The translations under genes were made by a program, and so were the position numbers. A DNA stretch of 64,000 nt from a virus (lineage: Duplodnaviria; Caudoviricetes). The notes under the pieces are model-generated. The model saw only the letters and a list, made by a program, of their open reading frames with translations. It ran no database searches and had not been told where the DNA came from. Within the stretch, counting starts at the first letter, position 1. Each line of letters starts with the position of its first letter. Positions 40,212 through 48,753 of the stretch are shown one piece after another. The stretch lies in the IMG/VR virus record IMGVR_UViG_3300013947_000022, positions 128,001 through 192,000 of that record. The stretch is one strand, 5' to 3'.

Positions 40212-40262
40212 AATATTTCCTTTCTGCGTTTAAGCTCGCCAGCTTTTTGTTTTTGTTGAGAT

Positions 40263-40292
40263 AATTATATCACAGAATCTTGGATTTGTCAA
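40263..40292 (-). promoter_or_regulatory. sigma-A promoter for the DUF932 gene
   Basis: TTGACA-17-TATAAT with TG on - strand. Confidence 0.7.
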
Positions 40293-40576
40293 GGACTTTA
40301 GATAAAATAATCTAAAACCTTTTTTAAAGAATAAGAGGAGATATACTCCCCTTTATCTTTTAGGCAGAATATTTCCAAAGAAGCGCAAAGAGTTCATCAA
40401 CGAGCTTTCGAGCCTTAGCCTTGTCTTCATTTGGCATAGAAGTATCAGACTTTAAATCTCTCTTGAGAATATTAAGAGCATCAAGGTAACTGAGTTCGGT
40501 AATGTCGAGATTATCAATTTTCATGGTTTATTTCTCCTTTTAATAAAATAATTTGTGACTTATGGTAAGGGTGGAA

Positions 40577-41107
40577 TTACCACCCATATACCTTCTTAAT
40601 ATACGGAGCAAGGGAACGAGTATATCTCGTAATGTCTTGCTTCGTAGCTGTGCCATTATGCACTTTCCATAGGAAATTATCCGCTTGGTCAGAGCTGATA
40701 GTAGGCTTAAGTTCTCTAAACGTGCCGAAAATACTTCCATCATGATGCGTCTGGTCGCATCTAAAATCGTACCTATCCACATAGAAGTCAGCGTATTCAC
40801 AATCCTTGAAGAACTTAAGACATTCTCCAATATTGTGACCGTAGAGCTTGTAGCCCCTTCTCCGACCATTCCAAAGTCCGATGTCTGCAAGACAGACAAT
40901 TCGACCTTCTGTGTTGATATTGAGATTCACACGCTCATCATCGAGATAATCGAAATTGAGTTCGTACATTTCTTCCGTGAGAGTGTTGTCATCAACATCG
41001 ACAGGGAGGTTATTAAGCTCCCTGTTTTCAAGCAATCCCTCCTTCCAATCCTTAAGATTGAGTTCGTAGTTCTGCCAAATGTGACGAATAGGTTCTCTGC
41101 TTTTCAT
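40577..41107 (-). CDS. hypothetical phage protein
   Basis: GGAGG SD; GLWNGR and HHDG motifs. Confidence 0.7.
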   Translation of the reverse strand: MKSREPIRHIWQNYELNLKDWKEGLLENRELNNLPVDVDDNTLTEEMYELNFDYLDDERVNLNINTEGRIVCLADIGLWNGRRRGYKLYGHNIGECLKFFKDCEYADFYVDRYDFRCDQTHHDGSIFGTFRELKPTISSDQADNFLWKVHNGTATKQDITRYTRSLAPYIKKVYGW

Positions 41108-41185
41108 TGTTCATACCTCCAAAATTTTATTTGAGTTTATTTTAAATCATCTAAGATGATTTGTCAATAGGTTTTTAAGCTTATT

Positions 41186-41380
41186 TTAATGGACATTGCA
41201 GAAGAAATCTTCTTCTACAAAGGTTACACCATCATAGTGTTCAAAGATGATTTCATCAGGAATCTCTTCGGGGGTACTAAATGTACCCTCGTTAATATCC
41301 TGAGTTTCATCTTGGTAAAAGAAATTGGACTTGAGCTCATTAAGCTCATCGCGAGTTAAATCCTGAACCATTTTAATCAT
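41186..41380 (-). CDS. small acidic hypothetical protein
   Basis: AAGGAGG SD. Confidence 0.65.
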   Translation of the reverse strand: MIKMVQDLTRDELNELKSNFFYQDETQDINEGTFSTPEEIPDEIIFEHYDGVTFVEEDFFCNVH

Positions 41381-41685
41381 TATTTATTCCTCCTTAACAT
41401 TCAGTCTTCTCAATGGTCATATCAAAATGTTCCTGACCGCGCTCTTCAGCTTCATCAATCTTTTCGTTGATATACTGAAAAAATTCTTCACGGGATTCGC
41501 AGAAGATGGCAGTACTGTCTTCTTCACCGAGACAAAAAGATAAAATTTTGTTTTTAGTCATAATAATTTCCTTTCTTTTTTTAAAAAAGTTCTTGACAAG
41601 TGGTTATTGATGTGTTACAATACCTACAGAGTCAAGAGACCCGTAACCTCTCAACTCTGTAGGATATTAATTTTGATTTCTTCTC

Positions 41686-41766
41686 TTATAGCTCAAGGAA
41701 ACCAGTAAGCACTATTACATAGTAATAAATGCCAAATTTGTAATCAACAAACTTAGTTTTCTACAT
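41686..41766 (-). CDS. amber-containing micro-peptide 4, M*KTKFVDYKFGIYYYVIVLTGFLEL
   Basis: GAAAGGAG SD; family homology. Confidence 0.8.
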
Positions 41767-41908
41767 GGCTTTCATCTCCTTTCCTCCTTAGACAAGGGTT
41801 TCATTTATATGAACAGCTTACGGGGCTGGAGTTTTTATGGTGGAGAGATGAAACTTGAAGCCCGTACTTCCTTGCTTCATCTCTCGTGACGCATTCTAAT
41901 TTCTTAGA

Positions 41909-41989
41909 TTACAGCTCTAAGAAACCAGTTAGTACTATTACAAAGTAATAGATATTATGCGTATAATCAAGCTATCTTAGCTTACGCAT
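41909..41989 (-). CDS. amber-containing micro-peptide 5, MRKLR*LDYTHNIYYFVIVLTGFLEL
   Basis: GAAAGGAG SD; synonymous changes relative to peptide 4. Confidence 0.8.
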
Positions 41990-42319
41990 CAACAACCACT
42001 CCTTTCTGATTGTTGTATCTATGTGAACAGTTACGGGACTGAGTTTCACAAAGATTAGGAACAGGTTTAGCCCTGTTCCTTTCTTTTTCTCCTTTTTTAA
42101 TACATATAATACTCATCGTCATGATGAATATAACGTTCAGTCAAATCCTTCAAAGGTTGACTGATTTTCTTGGGCTTCTCTTTAAGGCGTGAATCTTTAA
42201 AGGCTCGATTTGTATAGTATCGGAATTTTCCATGTCCCTTTACCATCTTATTGTGACGCTGGGCTTGAAAAACTTCATGTTCATTCATTCCCATTTGTTT
42301 CACCTCCTTTAGTTTGTTA

Positions 42320-42643
42320 TTAATAATGATATCTGCCCCTTTGGGGATTTTCTTCCTTCCTTTTGCAATCAAACACCTTACTAATGTTGTAAGCCCAGAT
42401 AGAATCACCGAGACTTGTATCAATACAAGGTTGAACACGAATCGGGAAATGGATTGAAGCACAATAATCTTCAATCCGCTTAAGTTGGAATTTGCGAAAA
42501 ACGGTGATTGTATCACCTTTGAGCAGAGCTTTAATATCTGCCTGCTCAAGAGTATCAATCAAAAGATTGAGCTTGCTGTTGCTATCAATGTTATTGATAG
42601 CCTCGTTCATATAGCGTGTAGTCATGTTTGTCATAGCAGACAT
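42320..42643 (-). CDS. hypothetical protein
   Basis: GGAGG SD. Confidence 0.65.
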   Translation of the reverse strand: MSAMTNMTTRYMNEAINNIDSNSKLNLLIDTLEQADIKALLKGDTITVFRKFQLKRIEDYCASIHFPIRVQPCIDTSLGDSIWAYNISKVFDCKRKEENPQRGRYHY

Positions 42644-42874
42644 TTTACTTAGCCTCCTTTTTAATTTTACCCATAACTTTCATTTCGTCCTCATCAAATT
42701 GGGAACAGATTTTCAACTCTTTTTGATACCAGAGCTGTTGGCATTTCTTACATTGGACAATGTCATTCTGCATTACCACAAACTTGTGGGAAATGCAATG
42801 TGGATTGGGGCAAAAAGCTGTGAATTTCATTTCCGATTTCTCCTTATTATTCTCAAGTTTTTTGTAAATTCTTC

Positions 42875-43126
42875 TTGACAAGCTAAATAAACTATGTTAT
42901 AATCTTCAACGGTTAAAGAGATGAGCGAATGAAACTCAGAGCTCTTTAACTGAGATTGGGTTAAGTTGTGGCGAACTTGTTAGACCTCAATCTTACCACC
43001 GAGGATATGTGACACCACGGTGACATTGAAGAAATAGTTTATTGACTAAATCTTACGCATTTGGAAGTCCTCCTTTCTTATGTGATAAGAACAATCAGAC
43101 AAGCACAAATGAGTGCTTGTCTTTTT
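42875..43126 (+). ncRNA. cassette 6 antisense RNA
   Basis: TTGACA-17-TATAAT, 5' hairpin, terminator agacaagcac/gtgcttgtct+T. Confidence 0.6.
42980..43060 (-). CDS. amber-containing micro-peptide 6, MRKI*SINYFFNVTVVSHILGGKIEV
   Basis: GAAAGGAGG SD; family homology. Confidence 0.75.
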
Positions 43127-43343
43127 GTTTAGAAATAATACTTAAAGTAACAGTCAACAGGTTTGACTGTCACTTTAGCCGAAGAATCCAAACCCATCTT
43201 GGTTGTTTTAATAACATAACCAAATCTGGCGTAAGCATCTTTTATGCTTCTTGCTACTACGTCGCCTTCATATAGCTTGGATTGACCTCCAAGCTGTGCA
43301 ATGTAGGCTTTAACATGGTATTTAGATTTGCGCTGAATAGGCA

Positions 43344-43529
43344 TTATTCCACCTCCTTTTCTTTGTAATGAGCGCATTGGTCAACCTTGAAGTAAACTCC
43401 ATGATTGTACCAATATTCTACTCTTTTTGTATTGAACTGTTTATGGTAAAGGCAAATCTCTTTGTTTCCACAAGTAACGCAGAGATTAGTGTTCTTCTTA
43501 AGATACTCCTGCTTTTCTTTGAGCGTCAT
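43344..43529 (-). CDS. small Cys-rich protein
   Basis: AAGGAG SD. Confidence 0.55.
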   Translation of the reverse strand: MTLKEKQEYLKKNTNLCVTCGNKEICLYHKQFNTKRVEYWYNHGVYFKVDQCAHYKEKEVE

Positions 43530-43574
43530 TTTCTTTCTCTCCTTTTCATTTTTATTTTTATTGTTAAATTTCTC

Positions 43575-43878
43575 TTGACAAATATTAAGAGTTATGCTAT
43601 AATTCTCTCAAAGAGTAAAGAAATCCCGTATTCTTTCAATACTCTTTGAGGCTATTAGTTTGTAGGGACAGTTTACTTTATATTTCATTTATCAGACTTC
43701 CATGAAGCCAGTCAAAACTACGACGTAATAGTAAACATTGAATTTGTAATCAAGCTACTTCATTTTTCGCATATATTATTTCACTCCTTTCTTTTCTCAA
43801 GACGGAGAGGTTGTCCTGCGATACGGGAAGGACTATGTGAAAAAGATTGAGCAACGGGCAGGTTGCTCTTTCTTTTTT
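43575..43878 (+). ncRNA. cassette 7 antisense RNA
   Basis: TTGACA-17-TATAAT; loops CCCGTAT / ATACGGG; terminator. Confidence 0.65.
43692..43772 (-). CDS. amber-containing micro-peptide 7, MRKMK*LDYKFNVYYYVVVLTGFMEV
   Basis: GAAAGGAG SD; family homology. Confidence 0.8.
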
Positions 43879-43888
43879 GATTTTTACT

Positions 43889-44215
43889 TTATTCCGTGGT
43901 AATGACCCATTCTTCTCCATTCCCATCAATAATATGAACCACTTCGTTATTGATAGTAACAGATTCTAAATTGCAGAGCCAAGACTCTACAATCTCAGTG
44001 TGGTTTGTCATTGAAGCTTCTTCAGCTTCATGTAAGCCGTCCTCAAAACCTACGTTATAAGAGCCAGTTAAATCTTCCTCAGAGTAGAGAGTGGTGTCCT
44101 TGATGGCATAGGACTTTTCGCCCATGTCCCATCCAAGATAGAACATGAAGATACTGCAAAGGGTTGTAACCAAAGCAACGATAAGACCGATATTTTCCTT
44201 GACCTGATTTTTCAT
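43889..44215 (-). CDS. membrane-anchored hypothetical protein
   Basis: N-terminal TM segment. Confidence 0.65.
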   Translation of the reverse strand: MKNQVKENIGLIVALVTTLCSIFMFYLGWDMGEKSYAIKDTTLYSEEDLTGSYNVGFEDGLHEAEEASMTNHTEIVESWLCNLESVTINNEVVHIIDGNGEEWVITTE

Positions 44216-44248
44216 TTTTCATAACCTCCGAATATTTGTAAATAATAC

Positions 44249-44549
44249 TTGACAAACGCTAAATGTTATGGTATAATTCTCTCAAGAAGTGAGGAATCCC
44301 GTATTATTCTCTCACTCCTTGAGGCTATTGGTTTGTAGGAATTGGCTTCAATGAATTAGAGCTCCATGAAGCCACAGCTTACTATTGTAAAATAGTAAAC
44401 ATTGAATTTGTAGTCAAGCTACTTTAGATTCTTCATTGAATCACCTTCCTTTCTTCCTCTAACTGAGGGATTGTCGCACTATACGGGAGCGACTTTTTTA
44501 GAATGGAAAAGATTGAACGACTCGTTGCGGGAGTCGTTCTTTCTTTTTT
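44249..44549 (+). ncRNA. cassette 8 antisense RNA
   Basis: TTGACA-17-TATAAT; loops CCCGTAT / ATACGGG; terminator. Confidence 0.65.
44356..44436 (-). CDS. amber-containing micro-peptide 8, MKNLK*LDYKFNVYYFTIVSCGFMEL
   Basis: GAAAGGAAGG SD; family homology. Confidence 0.8.
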
Positions 44550-45423
44550 ATTTGCCTTCAATGACTTTCTCAACAAAGAGCCCCATACAACCTTCGGGAT
44601 GCTTTGTGGAAACATCTTTGAATTCCTTTCGCTGTGCGTCGATAAAATCAGTTGAAGTGTCATATTGCTCAAGAGCTTTAACAAGCTTAATTGTTTTAAG
44701 CATATCGTTTCCATAACGCTTATAAGCCTGATACCCAATGTTGAGACTGGCTTCCACGAAAGCTTTACTATCGTGGTCAGCCCAGCCACTCAAATCAATG
44801 AGCGCGAGTGCATAATTAACGCCTTCATCTCCGAACTCATCGTGAATCTGAAGAAGCTTTCTGGGAGCGGTGATATTACGAAGACTGCCCTTCTTACCTC
44901 CAACTGTGACATTGTATTTGTCACAAATTTTCAGAATAGAAACAGCAGGCTCAAGATTTAATTTTCGAGCACAGTTAAACATATCTGCGGGGGAAACTCT
45001 GGTTACGCCATCATTCTGGTGCATGAATAAATAAGCTTCTTCTTCAACGGTTAATCCATCAAAGAGCCTGCACCAAGCCCATTTATATCCTTTTGCATTA
45101 AGAGATTCAATGGTATGATGCCCATCCCAGCATTCAAGATACCCATCACGGAAATTGAGAGATTTAACTTCACTCCGCTTATAGTCAAAATTGCGGAGAA
45201 TGGACAAATAAGAATGCTTAAGGTCTCTCTGTCCTTCAAAAAGATTGATAAGATTGAGAGGAACTTTTACCATCGTCCAAGGACGGGAAGGATTCTCACG
45301 AATCTCTTTGAGCGCGGGAATCAGAACCGTCTTAGCCCATGTGGAGTTCATATCCACCTTGATACGTTCAACGCCGAGAGTGTTCTTGCTGTTGATGCTG
45401 TTCATGTTGACCTTCTTCTTCAT
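44548..45423 (-). CDS. ParB/Srx-like N-terminal domain protein (DUF6551-like)
   Basis: QR..., WDGHHT, EEAYLF..QN motifs. Confidence 0.6.
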   Translation of the reverse strand: MKKKVNMNSINSKNTLGVERIKVDMNSTWAKTVLIPALKEIRENPSRPWTMVKVPLNLINLFEGQRDLKHSYLSILRNFDYKRSEVKSLNFRDGYLECWDGHHTIESLNAKGYKWAWCRLFDGLTVEEEAYLFMHQNDGVTRVSPADMFNCARKLNLEPAVSILKICDKYNVTVGGKKGSLRNITAPRKLLQIHDEFGDEGVNYALALIDLSGWADHDSKAFVEASLNIGYQAYKRYGNDMLKTIKLVKALEQYDTSTDFIDAQRKEFKDVSTKHPEGCMGLFVEKVIEGK

Positions 45424-45487
45424 AATCCTGTGTCCTTTCTGGTGTTATAGACTTTTCCTTGTCTAAATAAAATATTTAGAGTACAAA

Positions 45488-45542
45488 TAAGCACTCTATG
45501 GAGGGACAGAACTATCAAGCTCTGTCCCTCTAACAATGCTTA
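45488..45542 (-). repeat. conserved stem/internal-loop motif, copy 1
   Basis: + strand TAAGCACTCTAT-[hairpin]-TAACAATGCTTA. Confidence 0.75.
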
Positions 45543-45743
45543 TTAGAACCGCATCACTTCGGTGCGGTAAATCTTGCCAGTCTTAGACTGATTATAGCGC
45601 TTAACTGCGCCATAGTTAATGGACTGAGCAATTTCTTTGGGCTTACTCTCTTCATTGTAATGACAAGTCTTACAAGACTTGCCATTACAAATCCCCATCT
45701 CAACCAGAGATTTGCATTTCTTGGTCATAATATTAGAATCCAT
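45543..45743 (-). CDS. small Cys-rich protein
   Basis: AAGGAG SD. Confidence 0.6.
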   Translation of the reverse strand: MDSNIMTKKCKSLVEMGICNGKSCKTCHYNEESKPKEIAQSINYGAVKRYNQSKTGKIYRTEVMRF

Positions 45744-45804
45744 ACTGTTCTCCTTTCGGCTTATAGCCTTATAAAATTGTTTACAGGAACTTTATATAAA
45801 ACAC

Positions 45805-46012
45805 TTGACAAATATAGCCAAGTGTGTTATAATCAGAGACAGTTAAGAAAGATGCTGTCACATCAATCTTAACTGCTCTTGTGGATTTATATCAGATTAT
45901 TACCAGATAACCTCCGATAATAATACCGAATGCCACTATGTTGTACTAACGTACAACGTCGATAGTAATGCGCATATTACTACCTCCTTTCTGAGTGCTG
46001 ATTTGACTTGCT
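45805..46012 (+). ncRNA. cassette 9 antisense RNA (3' end uncertain)
   Basis: TTGACA-17-TATAAT, 5' hairpin with loop CTGTCA. Confidence 0.5.
45892..45975 (-). CDS. amber-containing micro-peptide 9, MRITIDVVR*YNIVAFGIIIGGYLVII
   Basis: GAAAGGAGG SD; same architecture. Confidence 0.7.
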
Positions 46013-46068
46013 TAAGCACTCTATAGAACGTCAGAAGTTATCTCCTTCTGACGCTCTAACAACGCTCA
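46013..46068 (-). repeat. conserved stem/internal-loop motif, copy 2
   Basis: + strand TAAGCACTCTAT-[hairpin]-TAACAACGCT. Confidence 0.75.
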
Positions 46069-46125
46069 ATCGAGCAATATCAAAGAGATATGTTTGACCA
46101 GTTCATACCTCTTTGACATGGATGA

Positions 46126-46281
46126 TTAGTCTAAGTCTAACTTAGTTACATCAATCTGGAAGAATTCAATTAGCGAATCAACACTCATGTGTTGCGTATA
46201 CCAATTAAATTCAAACTCAGAAGTGATATTCTATAATAGAATAGCATCAATCTTCATTTTGTTCATAAGACTGTCTTCCAT
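46126..46281 (-). CDS. 51-aa hypothetical protein with TAG=Gln at codon 17
   Basis: GAAAGGAGG SD; single in-frame TAG. Confidence 0.55.
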
Positions 46282-46371
46282 GAATTCCTCCTTTCTTGTA
46301 ACAAGCTAAGTGGGGTTAGCTGTTATTAATATCCTAATTGGTCACTTTAGGATGGAGTCTTAGCTACGAAC

Positions 46372-46426
46372 TAAGCACTCTATTAAGCCCACCATCAATT
46401 ATGATGATGGGCTTTAACAATGCTTA
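46372..46426 (-). repeat. conserved stem/internal-loop motif, copy 3
   Basis: + strand TAAGCACTCTAT-[hairpin]-TAACAATGCTTA. Confidence 0.75.
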
Positions 46427-47008
46427 CACGCAATGCAATGTATTATAATAATAATACATTGTACGGTCAAATTCTCTTATAACGGTTTTTAACTCGTTTG
46501 AGTCCTTTAGAAGAGCAATTAACTTACCCTTCACTCTGTCAAGGCGATACATATCATTGCTCTTAACAGCGTAGTAACCATCTACGTGGATGAGTTTGTT
46601 GACCTTGTTACGCATCTCCGTATTCACTTTTTTTAATTCCTTTCGCTCCTTTCTCAAGGGAGACTTTAAAATTTATTATTGCCGAGACTTGTGGAATAGG
46701 ACTCATTTGTTTATACTCGTTGAATCCTTTAGAGACGAGTTGAAGAGTTAGATGTGGCGAATGTACCACATAAAGCTCTTCTTGCCTCCTGTGAGGCGAT
46801 AGATAAGGTACATTGCCATTACAGCAACGATACCAAGAGAAAAGATGATACTGAAAACGATAGAGATAAACATGAGAGCGAACATTTTACTGTTCTCCTT
46901 TCTGGTGTGAAGATTCTGTGTTGGTTTCCCATCATCAGTGCCGTAGTAACCAGCTACGACAGACAGAGAGAGATTTTACCCTCTCTCCCTGTTTCGGGAT
47001 TTAGTATA

Positions 47009-47230
47009 TCAGAACTTGATATACTCCACGAACAGCTCGGTTGCGAGTGAAGAATAAATGTTGCTGTCAAGGACAACAACCTTATCTTCACCCCAGTACA
47101 GAGCGAGAATCTTATTGGTACGCTTGATAGCGTAACCCTTGTTGTCCTCGACAATGCCGAGGTCAATCTTGGCGTTGGTAGCGTTGGTGTCCTCGATGGC
47201 ATTGAGGATGTTCTTTTCAAGTTTGGTCAT
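47009..47230 (-). CDS. hypothetical protein
   Basis: GAAAGGA SD before ATG 47230. Confidence 0.6.
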   Translation of the reverse strand: MTKLEKNILNAIEDTNATNAKIDLGIVEDNKGYAIKRTNKILALYWGEDKVVVLDSNIYSSLATELFVEYIKF

Positions 47231-47299
47231 GACTGATTTCCTTTCTGGTTTTAACGTCTTGTAACCTGACGATGATAAGAAATATTTATTATAAAACAC

Positions 47300-47525
47300 T
47301 TGACAAATAACCTATCAAGTGATATAATACAAACATAGAGAAGAAACCTATATTTCTTCTCTATGAGGAGATTCAAGGATTTTAGAGAATCCAAGAACCA
47401 TCAAGAATAATGCTATAGCTGATTACACCATTATTCTTATCTATAGATTTTACAATCTACATTGTAAATCCTCCCTTCTTCGAGGATAAAAGTCAATATG
47501 AATTATAGGCTTCATAATGACTATT
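47300..47525 (+). ncRNA. cassette 10 antisense RNA (may extend through downstream hairpins)
   Basis: TTGACA-17-TATAAT; loops CCTATA / TATAGG. Confidence 0.6.
47382..47462 (-). CDS. amber-containing micro-peptide 10, M*IVKSIDKNNGVISYSIILDGSWIL
   Basis: GAAGGGAGG SD; same architecture. Confidence 0.7.
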
Positions 47526-47889
47526 GAGGAATTTCTGTTTCTCTCGTTTTGCCTGAGAAACAGAAATTCATTCTCCTTTATTCCGAATTAGCTGGAAATT
47601 TAATTCGGAATAAAGGAATATATGAAGCAAAAGAGATGAATGATTTGTTTTTGAGCTTGTCATTCATTTCTTTGACTTTGCTGAAGATAGAAACAAGTGA
47701 AATTACATTACCGTAATTCGCTTTTTTGTATTTCTACTACATATGACATGAAAGTAAAGGGAGAAATAAAAATTTTTAAAAAATTTTTTAAAAACAAAAA
47801 AATAAAAAAGACAGAGCCTTCTAATCGAAGCTCTGTCTAAATTTATATCTAAAACTTTATCCTTTGTCTCTTATCCTTTAATCTTTTAC

Positions 47890-48246
47890 TCACTCTACCA
47901 AAACCTTCCTCTTCTGTTCCCTATCCATCCCGTCAATCATACCCCCGACAAACTCACTAAAATCCTTCTGTCCCTCATCACCATCAAATTTAATCTCTCC
48001 ATGCCATTCTCCAATAACCTCTCCGACCTTAACACTTCCGCCTTTAACACATTTTCTAATCTCTTCTTTATTCCATTCCTGATGAAACTTAACGCCATCA
48101 CGACAAACAATTTCAATCAATTTATCAAAAGCTTCAGCTTTATTCTGCAATTCATGATAATGCTCAGAATCTATAACAGTCATAATTTCTTTATTATTCA
48201 TTTTCTTTTCATTCTCTTTCCATTTTCTTTTCGTTTCTCTTTTCAA
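47890..48246 (-). CDS. hypothetical protein (start uncertain)
   Basis: ORF in operon. Confidence 0.55.
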   Translation of the reverse strand: MKRETKRKWKENEKKMNNKEIMTVIDSEHYHELQNKAEAFDKLIEIVCRDGVKFHQEWNKEEIRKCVKGGSVKVGEVIGEWHGEIKFDGDEGQKDFSEFVGGMIDGMDREQKRKVLVE

Positions 48247-48554
48247 TCCTCATTTTCAACATCCAAATCCCCATCAACAAATTCAACCTTAACAACATCA
48301 TAAATTTTCTTCAACACTCTAATCTTATTTTCCAGCCTTTCCACTTTACTTTTCAAAAACTCATTTTCTTGAACGAGCCACATATTACCTTCTTTTAAAA
48401 CCTTAACTTCTTCTTCCAAATCATTTTTAGTTTTAAAACCAAGGTCATGCATTTGTTTACGAATCTGAGCTAATTTTTCTGGACTGATAGTAGGTTCAGG
48501 TATATTTGTATCAGATTTCTTTTTACCAAATCTATATTCAAATGCCATAATCAA
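48243..48554 (-). CDS. coiled-coil hypothetical protein
   Basis: ORF in operon. Confidence 0.6.
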   Translation of the reverse strand: MIMAFEYRFGKKKSDTNIPEPTISPEKLAQIRKQMHDLGFKTKNDLEEEVKVLKEGNMWLVQENEFLKSKVERLENKIRVLKKIYDVVKVEFVDGDLDVENED

Positions 48555-48748
48555 TCTCCCATATATTCTTCATATCCTGCAATCAATTTTCTCAAATATT
48601 TATTTTCGTCCCTGAGACGCTTATTTTCGCTTTTCAAATACTCAACATAAACCTTATCAGCGATTCTATCAAGCATTTCATTTTGTTTAATTTGCTCTAT
48701 CATTCGCTCTGTAATTTTAGCGTTATCAACCTTATACATATAACCCAT
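48551..48748 (-). CDS. small coiled-coil protein
   Basis: ORF in operon. Confidence 0.6.
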   Translation of the reverse strand: MGYMYKVDNAKITERMIEQIKQNEMLDRIADKVYVEYLKSENKRLRDENKYLRKLIAGYEEYMGD

Positions 48749-48753
48749 CTAAT

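Larger units (their letters stand above)
41593..42088 (+). ncRNA. cassettes 4+5 (tandem) antisense RNA
   Basis: one TTGACA-17-TACAAT promoter, two CCCGTA / TACGGG hairpin pairs, one terminator. Confidence 0.65.

Noticed and set aside
39312-40259. 315-aa + strand ORF and similar opposite-strand ORFs (e.g. 34094, 36940, 44433, 57411)
   Set aside because: Shadow or alternate-frame ORFs over well-supported genes or introns, without SD sites or motifs.
45488-46426. Integron attC sites
   Set aside because: The RYYYAAC/GTTRRRY match is imperfect, there is no L-box pattern or integrase, and G.U asymmetry suggests an RNA motif.
31843-47462. Micro-ORFs as decayed pseudogenes because of internal TAG
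   Set aside because: All ten keep SD, length and motifs, TAG aligns with Gln, and recoding is supported elsewhere in the window.
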